Shown: positions 33,502 to 47,042, counted from the stretch's first letter. The stretch: DNA of 64,000 bases from Amoebidium appalachense (GCA_963693365.1 CAVNZM010000013.1:6128640-6192639); one strand, 5' to 3'. Numbers and translations are program-made. The notes: generated from the sequence alone by a model not told the origin.

Positions 33502-34387
33502 GGGGATAGACAGGGTCACGTGGGGGCGACAATACGAATGAATGGGTCACGGGGCAGGAGTCGTAAAATACATGCTGGTTGTTCCTGGCATGTTCTGGTA
33601 AGGGCGAAAGAAAGTTTAATGGGAGCTGTGGTGTAGTGGTGGATGCATGGGTACACTTTTGATACTGCCTGGTGAGCATGTGACCAGCTACTTGCAATGT
33701 TTTGGGTATGAATGTACTACGCGCATGCATGCGGCACATGCAGACATGTCGCTTGGGGCACACACGAATGTATACGAATACGATATCAGTAAAAATGAAC
33801 TGGGGATCTGCAGCAAACACTGGGTTAGGAATTAGTGAAAGGTCGTGCTAGCGATGCCTACGTACACTGGTGTGGTGTAGCTCAGTGGCCTACAAATGTA
33901 TCATGCGGACATAGAAATAGCCTTATTTGGTCCATTGGTTGCCAAATATGGTGTGCAGTGAACCACAGCTACATAGGATCTGTGGCGGTTATTAAAGCAA
34001 CACAGTTGCATTAATTAGCTGCCCGTGCAGCATTTCTTTAATCCAGTCTTTACTCACCTGTCTGTATACGTACCTAGGCCTATGCTGGCCCTAATCCAGG
34101 CTGTATGGTTTATCCTTACGTAAGTCTATTATACATCTTTTAGTGATTGTGGCTCATGCATTGCGCAAACTGTTATATGCAGCAACGGATACTAGTTTCA
34201 GAGTCAAAGGGTTGCATGTCACAGACACGCTTCTTGCAATTCAACGGAACAATTCAAAATAGGTACTAACATTCTCTACAGTACTATATAACTACCTATT
34301 GACGTGTCCTCCCCAATAAGCATCTAATATTAGTCTACATGTGTATATACATGTGTATACTTAAATTTAGATTGCATAGTACTAAAC

Positions 34388-35436
34388 TTAGCATTCAGGA
34401 CTATGGTTCTTTGCAACAGTGCTAATCGTAGATGCTGTGGCACGTACAGCCGCTTTCCTCCGTCTCTTGTTCACCGCCCTCCTCACACAACACGTTATGA
34501 CAATTATCAGTAGGAGGGCCCCCACCCCAGCACAGATACCCACAAAGAGCATGGTGTTCTTGTCGATCCACGTGCCCACGTCGTTTGCCCCCCCACCGTA
34601 GCATTTGCCGCACCCCTGCACACACACGGGGTAGGGCATGCTGCCTGTGACGTTGCCTGTCAGCCGCAGCTGCAGCTGGGCCTCATACAGCGACTGGGGG
34701 TCTGGCTCCTGGCCCTGCGCCTCTGCATGTGCGCGTGCATAGTGTCAGTGCGTTTTGGTATGATAGAAGGGTGCAAATTGCCGGCCTTTCAGCTGGTCTT
34801 GCGGGAGCTGAGGGGCAAGGGGGGGGGGGGGGGGGGCGCAAGCAGAAGATGAGTATGTAATAATATTAGTTGGGTTCGAGCCGACTGGGTTTAGTCTAGA
34901 CTTCGCTCTGCTATTTTTCAGCGTGCACGTGCTCGATCGGTGGTTAAAGTACATCAAAAGGTGAACTGTAACAGGGCATGTGCGCGTGCTTGTTTGTTCG
35001 TGCAGACCCCTGATTATGAAATAAATCATAAAAGTCGCTTGCATTTGCACGTGCATGCGACCGTACACTTTTCAGGCACACATCACTCACCAAGGTGCAA
35101 CACTGAAGCCTGGTCCACGGCCACGCTATCCCCCGTCAGGCCCACAATGATGGGGCTAAAGTAGGTTGCAGTCAGCCCGTTGGTCCCCGTGCCGTTGTGC
35201 CAGAACTGTACAAAACAAAATGTGAGCAATATGACACAGCCCATGCTTGTACATATATATTTGTGAAAGGCATGGGGGGCTATAGGATGGGGGGAGAAGG
35301 GGGGGGGGGGGGGGGGGGGGGGGGGGGAGAGAGAGAGAGAGGGGGGGGGGGGGGGGAGGAGGAGGGGGAGGGGGAGGGGGAGGAAGGGGGGGGGGGGGGG
35401 GACTGGTTGAATTGGTGGTGGTTGTGGGTGGGTGCA

Positions 35437-35502
<66 letters not shown>

Positions 35503-35574
35503 TGCAGTAGAAACCAACCCACAAAAATCATGTTGTGTGCCCCTCTCTGAACCAACAAACAGAACAACTTCAAA

Positions 35575-35624
<50 letters not shown>

Positions 35625-36035
35625 ACACACGCACACACCCCACCCCCCTCAAAAAAAAAAAAAAAAAAAAAAAAGGAGGGAAGAAAGAAAAAAGAAAGAA
35701 AAGAAAAGCAAAACAACTACACACCCTATAGTTTGCCCCGGCATCCCCCCTGTTCTTGTAGTTCCACAGCACCAGGCGGCCACCGTGGTGGGGCATGGCC
35801 TCTATCTTGCCTCCGTTTCTGTTCATGCTGCCGGCATTGCTGCTGTCAACCAGTGTGTCGTGGGGGTTGTTGCCGTGCATGTCAAGCGACTGCCCTGCAC
35901 GGGGGGGGGAGGGGGGCACACATATGTGAGTGTGCAGAATGGGGGTGCGGGAATCCATACGTGGGTGGTAATTTGCAAGTGTACCAAGGCCAAACTTCAA
36001 TACCAGTGCCTGGGCATTGCCAAACCTCACCCAAG

Positions 36036-36099
<64 letters not shown>

Positions 36100-38509
36100 C
36101 CACATACCCGGGGTGGTAGTGTGCCTCAGGAAAACTGAGCCAGCATCCGAAGCCTCGACACTTGGGCCGTGCCAGTTGCCTGCCGTGTCCACATTGTCCA
36201 CAAACATGTTGCCGTACCCCCGCTTGCTGTGCCACACAATATCCCCCTTAGTACAAATGCATTCCCCCCCCCCCCCCCCCCCCCCCCCCCTTCTCCCCTA
36301 ACTACTCCTCTGCACCCCCTCCAACCCCCCCCCCCCCCCCCGCGCCCCTTCCCCCCCCCCCCCCCCCTTTCCTCCCCAGAATCTGCTCCCCCCATCTCCT
36401 TCCTCTGAATGTCTCCAAACCCTGCTCCCCCCCCCCCCCCCCCCCCCCCGCCCCTCCCCTCCCCCCGCTCACCCCACCCCTTTCCCCACCAACTTAAAGC
36501 TGAGGGAAGATGCGCGCGATGGGGGGGGGGGGGGGGGGTTTGAATGCGTCAAAAAGTACGAAGTACACAAGAACAAACGGATAACACGATGCAGAATGCA
36601 AGCCATACATAAAGAGTATGCATAATAAGCAGAGCCCATCCTCAGGGGGGCCCCACGTCATCCACAGTACACGAGTTTCGACCTATTCACCTCGTTAACG
36701 AAACCCAACTCAGATACTGTTTCACTTGAACATGGGTAGGTCACCCGTCTTGATCAGAGACGAGCAGGGTTGCTTATGCAGGCAAGAACAGTGGGAAAGG
36801 CCGGGGGTTAAAGTTGCAGCAGTAAACAGAAGCAAGAAAAATATAGATAGGAACTCAGGAGACGGGGCTTCTAGGAAGCTCCCCTGTCGCTACCTAAGTC
36901 GATACTTCCCTGGCTAACATACTACACCAGTTGAAAAGAATTAAGTCCCGAAGGCCGCAGGATTCGCAATCAGAAGGGGAAAATATGAGATTTGACCCAC
37001 GCCGCAGGGTAGTAACACGCTTACTAGGGCGGAACTTTAACATCTTCGAACGGAAAGCTATGCCCCCGGATGTCAGCCGGAAATATGGTATCACCCATTG
37101 CTTTGGGCTTGAAAAAAGCCAAATCGATAGTCCGAGTTATGTTACGCCGGCAGGTAACATGCCGCATGGGTTCCAAGGGAGCTGTCGCCAACAGAGCGGT
37201 GTGTGCATGCGTGCGCGTAACGCAATGTGTGAAGTGTGTCTATAGCTATGAGAGAGGGTATGCAGAAGTGGACAGATGAAGTGTGTGGAGAGAAAAACAG
37301 TAGGAAGAAAAGTAGGCACCGGTGTGTGCAACCCCGCACAACATACATACTCACACACACATAAATAAGCGAAGATTACAGGTAATCAACCAGAACAAAG
37401 AATGGGGGGGGGGAGGGTATTCTTCAGTCCGTTTCCTCTCGCCTACACCACCCCTTGTCCACCACTACATACATAGAGCCCACCATCACCGTGCCGTGTT
37501 CTTACCCTCGGCCACACCTAAGGTTAGAAGGCAGTGATAGGTAGAAAAAGAAAGAGAGGGATGAGAACATATGGCCATGGTATTGAAGCAAACTAGAATA
37601 CCAACACAGCGGGCATTGCCTTAACATACCTGTGCGTGGAGAAATGGCCCCCCTTGCCCGTAAACTGCGAATTCCTGCACCCCACCACCCGGCAACCATC
37701 AGTGGCAGTAGCGTGCAACCATACACTACACATAGACCACCTGGTCCCATAGGTACACCCATAGAACTCCACTGTGATAAGCCGCCCAGCATCGCGTGTC
37801 ACATGATCCCCCCCCCCCCCCCCTCCCCGCCCCCCAAACATACACACACACACACGACCCCCCCCCCCCCCCCCCCCCCAACACACACACACACATACAC
37901 ACACAAAAGGGCAAAAAAAGAGAACATCCCAAACAACCACCGACAGCACAGCAACAAATACCTGACGGTGAAAGCTATGTTACGGTCTAGAATGACGGCC
38001 CCGTTCCAGTCCTGAAAGACACACCCATCAACCCAACTGTTCTTTGTGGCATATGCGTTGATCGCATTCCACCCAAAGTCATCTTCCAATGTGCAGTGGT
38101 GGCAGAAAGTCCCCGGTCTCTGGCCCCACCCACTCTGAAACCTGCACATGGAAGGATGGTAGGCACAATATCGATCAAGGATGTGTGTGTATGTGCAAAA
38201 CGCACATGGTCTCTGTAAGCCTGCAATATCAGAAATATTTCTAACACCTCCCATGCTATTCTACAGATGCGGAGCAAACATTTTTCCAGATTCCCTCCCT
38301 CACTCCCTCCCCCCTCCCCCCCCCCCCCCCCCCCCCCCCCCCTTCCCCTTGCTGTACATGCACAAACTGTTTTCCAGTAGCAACAAGCTCATACCCCCAT
38401 CGTCGCCGCTTAGTTTTCAACTGCATTCCAAAACGATCCCAAACCATGATACTCCTTTAGTCCTGTACAATTCCCTGAACGAACTTCCCATCAAAATCAC
38501 CCACACCTT

Positions 38510-38540
<31 letters not shown>

Positions 38541-38794
38541 CACACACACACCACCCACCCTCCCGACACACCCCCACCCCCACATCCCCCTGTTTGATAT
38601 GTCAACTCAACTCCGGCCGCCCTCCTCACCGAGCCCCCCCCCCCCTCCTTTCCTCCCCGACACTTACATGATGTCTTCAAAGCCCACGTTCTCCAAGGGC
38701 TTGAAGGAAAACACGTTAAACGGCTCTTCGTGCTTGATGAGGCTGACCTTGAGTGGCTCGGTCATCGTCACAACCCCCGTGTTGCAGTCAAGCG

Positions 38795-38859
<65 letters not shown>

Positions 38860-40429
38860 TGGTGCCCATGCTTAGTAGATGCAGCAGCAGAACCGCTGTT
38901 GTCCATCCCCCCCCCCCCCCCCCCCCCCCCCACCCCACCCCCTGTCCCCTCCTCACAAGGAGTTGAAGACATCAATAAGGTAACAGGGATGTGCCCCTCC
39001 CCCCCCCCCCCCCCCCTCCCCCCTTTGTCTTCCCCCCCGTCCACTCTCTTCCCGTATTCCTGTCGATTAACCCATCCCTCTGTCGTGTAACCCTCCTTTG
39101 TCCTTCACCAAAAGCACACACCCCACCCCACCTACCCAATTTGCCTCTACCGCCCCAAATCCCTCTCAATCCCCCCCTCCCCTCGGGAAAAAGGGGAATA
39201 AAAAACAACAAGCACACACCTGTATGCAGTGGGGCTCGTGGATGTAGACACCCTTTGTGACCACGTCCTCCCACTGGGGCTGCAGGGTTGCATTTCCAAA
39301 GTAGAACCTGTTGTAGGCCAGACTCTGGTGCTCGACGTAGAAACAGGAAACCGAGCTCAGGGCCCCGGGGTCCGCCACCTTAATTTGCTGTGACTCCCTC
39401 AGCGCTGTGCGTGTTGCAAACCAGGTGTGTGTATGTGTGTGTGTGTGTATGTGTGTGTGTTTTTTTTTTTTGGGGGGGGGGGGGGGGGGGGAGTGGATAT
39501 TTAGATGCAATTAAGAAAACGTGTGACGGGAAGTTAAGACAAGAAACAAACTGTGTTCATGGGACAAGTCATTCGTTGCACGGGGAGTGTGCACGTGGGG
39601 ATCCTCCCACTACTCACTCAAGCCAAGCAACACAAGCAGATGCGCACATGCAATCGCCGGTCAAGCACGACCTTCAACTACCGTCATATGTGTAGGTGGA
39701 TGGTTGTGTGTGCTTGTGTGTGTGTGTGTGTGTGTGTGTGTTTGTATGTGTGGGTGTGGGTGTGGGTGTGGAGGCGGGGGAGAGGGGGAGGGGCGGGGGG
39801 AGGGAGGAGGAAACTGCAACAAAAATCCGTTTCTGTATCGCAAGCGAAGAGAGCAAAACCCGGTCACGCAAACACACACCTGTCTCAGTGATGGACGTCA
39901 GACGCACCCCCCAGGCGCCCTTGATTCGTATAAAAGCGTCTTTGGTTCGTGCCCCCTCCATATACAATACAGTTCCCTCCTCGGTTGCCCCAGCCCCTCT
40001 CAGCACTATGTTGCTGCTTCTGATGTTCAGCACATATCCTGACCCCCCAGGCGGGCTAAATCTGTACCGTCCGGCCGGGAAATAAACGACACCTCCACCG
40101 GCCTTTGCTGCAGCGTCGATAGCTGCCTGGACCTGAACATGGTAAAAATAGGTCAGACATGTTTTAGCGTGCACAACCCGTTATAGACAAAAGTCGATCG
40201 GATGCTCTGCTGTGCAGAAACTTTTAATGGTCACACCCAGATCCATGCTTTTGTCGACGGCGCACCAATGTCAGTGTTTTAAAAAAATGGAAGCCCTGAC
40301 AAGGAAAACTTCTCCCACAGCTCCATCATCCAACTCCACCCCCCTGCCCCCCACACTTTTGTCGTAGGGGCACCATTGCCAATATTTTAGGAAAAAAGAA
40401 CCATCACAAGAAAACACTATCCCACAACC

Positions 40430-40460
<31 letters not shown>

Positions 40461-40751
40461 ACCCCCTCCCTTTCCCTTCAGCCGTGCACACACCTTGGCG
40501 TCCACGTAGGTGACGCCATCACCCACAGCGCCATACTTGGTGACGTCAAAAACTGGCCCTGCTACTCTTGGGATAGGCACAGCACCGTACTTGTAGCCGG
40601 CCCAGGAAAAGTCCGGCAACAAAGGAGGTACAGAGTCATTGCCTAATTGTGCTTGAAAATTTTCCCAAGCAGAGGAAAGGCACAGAGCTGCGGCTGGGCA
40701 TATCAAGTGGATAACTGCCTGAAGCACGGCTAGGCCGCGCTTTTCTCTCAT
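34388..40751 (-). CDS. Pectate_lyase_3/DUF4955-like beta-helix polysaccharide-active protein with signal peptide and C-terminal TM, multi-exon
   Basis: Exons ~40751-40494 (LPDFSWAGY..VFDVTKYGAVGDG), ~40132-39881 (QAAIDAAAKAGGGVVYFPAGRY..SNIVLRGAG), ~39403-39221, ~38795-38668, ~38142-37962, ~37675-37631, ~36226-36107, ~35895-35727 (DMHGNNPHDTLVD..PHHGGRLVLWNY), ~35205-35091 and ~34722-34388 (PQSLYEAQLQLRL, then TM MLFVGICAGVGALLLIIVITCCV, then RRAVNKRRRK). Confidence 0.85.
36539..36831 (-). mobile_element. Poly(C)-associated retroposon-like repeat, subfamily A; longest copy, may extend to ~37200
   Basis: Reverse complement of 30266-30558 with few substitutions. The 3' end abuts a G-run on the + strand. 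Confidence 0.9.
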
Positions 40752-41477
40752 GTTGAAATTCGACTGTGTAAACGATGTCGTGGATTCTTCGCTTTTGTGC
40801 AATACCTACCGATGCCTTGCGGACGTGTGAGTTAGTGAATATGCACGTACAAAAACGGAGCCCAAATACAGATAGTATTTAGTATAGAAGGCCCAAAATA
40901 TAGAGCCTTCAGCTGGTCTACTGCTGATGACCTTACAAGATCGGTCAATGTCAGATCTCGCCACTGTACCATGGCCCGGGCATCGCCCTTCAGCTTCGTC
41001 AGATATGAGCGATTAGATTGTACACCAAAAACTTATCTAACTGTATTTTTCTATGTTCATCTCACGCTCTATGCGCTGTTATCAATCCGTTTTCCCCGTT
41101 GCACTCTTGCACTTGCTAGTTAAAGAGAATGCATGAGAGTTGTGGCACTTCAAGGTTTAGTTACAATAGAGTGAGCAGCATGGCTTGTGCGCCTGTGATC
41201 AATGTGGTATACGGTTTAGTCGCTTTATATACTTGCTTGAGAGTGAAGATCTAGAGCTTTGCCAATCAGATGTTGTTTTGGGGGTTTACGCTGTTTACTC
41301 GAGGCAAAGAGAACCAGTCTCAGGTATGGGGGGGGGGGGGTTTTGCTCGGAATATCCCCTCAGCGGTATATCATGATCACGTACATAGATGTCGGGTGGT
41401 GACTATATATCAGGGTTTACTTTCTCTACGAGACACCATAAAGACTACAAGGAGAAATCAATTAGTTGGGGTTCCCC

Positions 41478-41519
<42 letters not shown>

Positions 41520-41551
41520 GGGCTCCCCTCGGGACACTCGGTATCAGCTGG

Positions 41552-41604
<53 letters not shown>

Positions 41605-41989
41605 TGTGTGTGTGTGCGCGTGCGCTATAATTTTGTAGTGATGTGTTTCTCAAGCCAATCAATACATCTAATAAACAGGTCGTAGTTACGCGTGTTTAGT
41701 ATAAAATCAAGGATGTTGTAATTTACAGGTAGGCTATCTTTCTGGGTGTCTGTTGTGAATGTGACGTGTGTGTGTTGCGGTATTATGTGGTCTATCATGT
41801 TGTTTTGCTTTCGTCACTACCACCCTACACTACTTGGGGTTTATTACGCAGCAACAAAAATGAATGGAAAAAAGGGTTGTTTGGAACTTGGTGACCAGGT
41901 GACATTGTACAAGGCAGAAAATTACACTGTTTTCGGAAATATATATACCGTTAATTTTCAGAAAGTACCAGTAAAGCCTGGGACTTAGT

Positions 41990-44900
41990 TCCACCTGAGT
42001 TGGAGGTTTGGGAAGTAAATAAAAAGAAAAGTCCCCCCTTCCCCCCCCCCCCCCCCCTCCCCCTCCCCTTCTCCCCCACCGCCCGAAAGCTGGAACTCTC
42101 GGTTTTTTCCTGGGAAAACGCTGGAACTTGCAATAACGCAAAAAGTTATCTCTGCCGCATTTATCACATATGAACCAGTCATATCCGGACAAGGCGTATG
42201 GAAAATTCATTTTCACTTCGATCACTTTCCTTTCACATCAATTTTTTTTCCCGACTTTTCATCATGGCAGGTATATAAGAGCTTTCGCTTCTTTCTTTTT
42301 GTGACGGGACTGAAGTCCGGTGCAGGGGGGATGACCTCCAGGCAGGTGCTGGCGCAACCGGGGTGATGGTTGTTTCCTGCGGGCTGCAAGGAGCTCACTC
42401 CATTATGGTTCTGTCTTCACGGCCTTTACCCGCCGGGGCGTGCGGATGGTACTCTGATGGCTGCGAGGCTTCTCGTTTAGGGGGTTGGCGGCCTTCTGGG
42501 TTAGCGACGGCACACACCGTTTTCTATGATGGGGGGCACAACTGAGTTTTCTCCAACTCTACGTTTTCTCCTTGGGGTGCACCTGCAGCTTGGTTGACGT
42601 CTCCTCCGCGGCGCGCGTCCGGGGTAGTTTGTAGCCGACTGGGACGTCGAGAAGCTTCCTCAGCCGGCTACAGTTATGTCATGTGCTGAGCTGATTCGTA
42701 TTAGTTTACTTCTATATTTTGTGTTTTGGTGAGTTAATTTCGGGGGTGTAGCTTGTCGTGGCTACAAACAGAGTGTATATGAACTACTCTAACTATCTGC
42801 ACGCTTAAAGGGGCTCGAAACTGTGTATACGTATAAACTTTTCTTTGAGTTGGGTGGGAAGCGAGTTTTTTGTGTTCTGAGAAGAACTTCCAAAAGCCCG
42901 CGACCCCGCGAGACACTTCACAGACACGCGGCCCACTGGCCAGACAAATACCACAGTGACATTCAGTATCACAGGGGACTTAGTCCTCGCTAAGGACCTT
43001 GACCTCCCTAGGTGACTTAGCAAGCTCAGGGCCGTTTGCCCAGCAGAGGCCTCAGAGGGGACCGGCGGCAGTCACCCTCCCCACGGCGCTACCAGCCCTA
43101 CCAGCCACGGCCACAACGGGATAACAGATGGGCCAGGCTGGCGTCTTTGGGGCGGGACAGCAAGAGCCGGCGCCAGGCTCTTTCCCAGGCACCTGTGACA
43201 ACTGCAAGGAGCGGGGGCAACGCGTGGTGTAAACAGCCCCGTCGTGGGGGGCAGGGACGTCGGTGACCGTGTTGCTGGTATGAAGGTTTTATTAGGGGGT
43301 AGGCCATCTCTTGGGTTGTTGTTGTTGTAATACTATGGGAGTAACTGTTGTGTGGTGTTATTTTTCGGCGAGTTTTCTACTGGTGCCTGGCGTTTTCGAC
43401 GTGTGTATGAGTCCTGTGTTGGCGACGTGTGTGGTTAGGGTCAGTGGAATAGAAAGTCCTGCTGCTGTCTGGGAGCTCGGCCCTCTGACGAGGGGGCTGG
43501 GGGGGGGTCGAAGTGTAGTCATGGCAGTGGCAGGCCCCCACTGTTGTGAACCCCCGTCGTCAAAGGGCCTGGTGCTGAGGCCCCTTGGAGTGGCTGCCCT
43601 GGGCCTGGTGTTGAGGCCCTTTGGAGTGGCTGCCCGTAGTGTTGTTGAGTAGTGTTGTGGTGCCCAGTGCAGCAGTAGGCCTTAGACACACCGCTGGGTA
43701 GGGCACGGTTGGGGCGGAGGCATTCCCAAACCACCGGGACCTACGTAGTAGGAGTCTTTGTCGGGTAGAGGAATGGCCAGCAAGAGAGTCTGGAGGTGTA
43801 CGTCACATGAGTCTGGAGGTGTTCGTCACGGCATGTTTGGTTGTGTTAGGAATTCTTTGGGGATGGGGCATGCTGAGTGTGGTTGTATGGATGGTGTCTG
43901 TTATCATGTCTGTTGCTATGTTCCACTCGATATAACATTGTGCCAGGGGCATGGGGTTTTGGGTGCAGATTGTGGACGGGGGCAGAGGTGCATCTACAGG
44001 GCAACGTCAGTGGCGGTTCATAATTATCCTTGTTTTGGGGTTGGGTTGGGTATTAACCATGGTGGGGTGGTGTGTGGATGTATGTATATGTTTTATGTTA
44101 TATGTTAAATGTTGCTTCCTGCATGGGTAGCGGTAGTTGTAGTCGCTCAGCACATAACTTTATTTTGTTTTTAGGTAGTTTTTACTGAGGTGGAACTCAG
44201 TTATTTTCTGTGCGAGGGGGGAGTTGTCATGTGCTGAGCTGATTCGTATTAGTTTACTTCTATATTTTGTGTTTTGGTGAGTTAATTTCGGGGGTTTTCT
44301 TGCATAGTGATGCCGGGGTCTAAATGGGGTATGAGGAGATTAATCAGTGGTATGGGGAGAATCTGATGCAGCGGCGGCTGATTGTTTGGTGCGCGCGTGC
44401 ATGCCCCATGCCTCTGCGTACTCTCCATGTTAAATGTTGTATTGCTTCTTGCTGTGTGCGTGGCGAGACCCATGTTGCCTGCTCGCGTGTGTGTATGCTT
44501 ATATGTATTGTGAGTAAACGTGTGTACGTGTTGTAGTGCTGTAGGGGTGTCTGAGGTCGCGGTAGCCAATGGTGTGGAGTGCGTGTAGTCTGTGGGGGAG
44601 GGAGTGTTGTGATTGGCTGAATGTCACTGTGGTATTTGTCTGGCCAGTGGGCCGCGTGTCTGTGAAGTGTCTCGCGGGGTCGCGGGCTTTTGGAAGTTCT
44701 TCTCAGAACACAAAAAACTCGCTTCCCACCCAACTCAAAGAAAAGTTTATACGTATACACAGTTTCGAGCCCCTTTAAGCGTGCAGATAGTTAGAGTAGT
44801 TCATATACACTCTGTTTGTAGCCACGACAAGTTACGTAAGGGCCCTTGTGGTGGCAGTTAGCTCTATAGCCTTGATTTGTGTACCCGCTAGCTTGCCAAT

Positions 44901-45140
44901 GGTAGTGTTGGTTCCTTTTGCATCTCCCGGTACAGCTAGGCTACCTTGTTTGGCTGCTATTCTCCTTGGAGGGTTACTCCTGTCGCCGCGCCCCCTAAGG
45001 TAGTTTTGCAGTCCTACATGTTCTGTATTGCTCTTTTCAAATTGAAACCTCGTGTGCTGCTCCAGTGATAGAGTTTTGGCCGAGGGCTCTGTCTCTAGAG
45101 TAGTTACAGATGGCTTCCTTGCAGTTTGCAGCCTAGACAT
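41990..45140 (-). pseudogene. Possible decayed ORF interrupted by the LTR element
   Basis: ORF 45140-44832 continues in frame across the excised element (AEEASRRPSRLQTTP..) with scattered stops. A Cys motif WFICDKCGR..YC follows near 42180. Confidence 0.3.
42677..44829 (+). mobile_element. Non-autonomous LTR retrotransposon with a rearranged 5' LTR
   Basis: TSD AGTTA at 42672-42676 and 44830-44834. Complete 3' LTR at 44225-44829 (TGTCATG...CACGACA), preceded by PPT GAGGGGGGAG. The left end carries LTR nt 1-71 (42677-42747), then an inverted copy of the last 213 bp (42754-42966). No gag or pol recognised. Confidence 0.88.
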
Positions 45141-46659
45141 CTTCGTGGCTTTGATGGAGCAATCTTGCCATGCCCCAAGCTTCTCAATTTGTACCCTGCC
45201 ATCGATGCTAATTACATTTTACGTACGCATATACTCAAATTTCTGTGTGTTAACGTACGCGTTTCACTCAATGATTTCTGTGACTTGTCACAATTCATAT
45301 TAGGTCACCTTAAAGTTGAGGTTTTTTTTGTTGTGGCAGCCGAGATATCAACTTATCGTTTATTTAGTGTTTATTTGTATTTTTATACCTTTGGGTCGAC
45401 GTCCGTATTCCAGTGAGCCTACTCCTCATTTGAGTGACTCGAAAATCGTCTCTCGAGATATCTGGGATATCTCTTTTTCGTGTTCTTCGAACATATGAGC
45501 ACATCAATAAAGCCATTTTAAAAAACTTTTTCCATGTGCCATGTCCGGATATGGACTGGTTATGGAAAATACAAGTTAGGTTATCCACTCAATATCAAAT
45601 TATGTCTGTTTCTGGACTTCTTGCATTTTGTATTGCATAATCTAAAAATTTATAGAGATATATAGTTCAACACATGGCATTAATATTGCCAACGGTGAGG
45701 CTCGAAAGGAGCAGCCAACATAGTAAATTGCCCTCAAACATAAGGCACACATATTTGTTGGGAATACTATGACAGGATATTTTATATTATAGTATTATAA
45801 ACGCAAGATTATGATATTGCCAATGAATCATGCGGGGGGTCCGGGGGGCAAGGCCCCCCAGCGCCGTTTATAGGGCCCGTAAAAAGGGAAGTAATATCTC
45901 CGGGCAAAAATAGGCGGCGATCCGCCAGGTGCCAAAATACAGTAATCCTAAAATGTAATTTCTAGCCCTGGGTGACAAGTTGGTGTAAATGGTGTTGGAG
46001 ACTATTAAAGGCCACAGAAGTATAGAATGGATTTAAATCACACTAGTTATGTACAAAAAGTGAGTAAATGGGCAGCTCTAAACCGCTTCATTAAGTTTTA
46101 GGGACGAAACTTAAGCTTTGCTCGAATCATCTCTTGACATTTTCTGGGGTTTCGACAACAAGATAGATTACGTCATACTCCTGAACGTGTACGTTTTTAG
46201 ATACACACACAGGAAAAAAGGATGAATATTTCGAAAACCATAGTAGCCTCTATCATATATGTTCACGATGTGTGTGCCGCATTAGATGCCAATGGGCCCG
46301 GCTGCATGGCGACCACAACTGCAGCCGCTGAGTGCCAGACACATTTTTGAGCCATTAAAAAAAAAAAAAACACTTTATTTTTGAGCCAATGGAGGCGAAA
46401 AAAGTATCGGGAGAATGTGCTGCTAGCCGCTGCGTACACATGTACACGTGTAAGTTCACTGCGGCAGTGCAGATACAAAAATCCTGTCTCCTTTCACTCT
46501 TACATAGTATTCTTTTCTATAAAATACTCTCTTTCTTTTTCTCTCCTCTCTCCTTCACTCTATCTATGCTATCATTTCTTTTTCGTCACTTTGTGTCACT
46601 TCATCGGGGGGATTCCCGCCGGTGCCGGCCCCTGCGGGGGCAGAGATGGTGCGGCGGGT

Positions 46660-46910
46660 TTTGGGCCGCCAGCTGGGCTGGGTCAGCCCAACCCGCCAAA
46701 GTTTCGGGCTGAAAATGGGTTGGGTTGGGCCAGCTGACCTACCTTATAAAGCAGGTCTGTTTGCGCAAACGACATATAAGGAGGGGGGTTTAGAAGGGGT
46801 TTTGGTCTTCTGAGGGGTTGCTATATAGTGTTTGAGGGGGGATTACAGGGGGGTCCCAGCCCAAACACCCCTAGCCCAACCCGTTTAGTTTTCGGGCTAG
46901 TCCAGGCTGA
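46660..46910. mobile_element. Possible DNA-transposon/MITE remnant
   Basis: Clustered GCCCAACCCG / GGGTTGGG / TTTCGGGCT motifs in both orientations. Ends and TSD not defined. Confidence 0.3.
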
Positions 46911-46965
46911 CTTATCTAGACTGCTCCATTTCTGCCGGGCCCCGGGATTCTATTAGCCTCGAATG

Positions 46966-47042
46966 ATTGGCCAGTTCGGACAAAGGCGGTTTTTGAATTT
47001 GAATCTCACGGCCGTTACCGCCTGCTTTACCATCGTTTCAAA
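46966..47042 (+). promoter_or_regulatory. G2/M-type promoter motif cluster (CCAAT, CHR x3, Myb-like)
   Basis: ATTGG 46966; GGCGG 46985; TTTGAA 46992 and 46998; CCGTTA 47012; TTCAAA 47037. All lie 300-380 bp upstream of the putative separase ATG. Confidence 0.45.

Noticed and set aside
34870-34885. B-box-like GGTTCGAGCC suggesting a tRNA
   Set aside because: No cloverleaf or acceptor stem around it.
42677-44829. DIRS/Ngaro-type split or inverted repeat structure
   Set aside because: TG..CA termini, a PPT and a 5-bp TSD indicate integrase-mediated LTR insertion. No tyrosine recombinase was seen.
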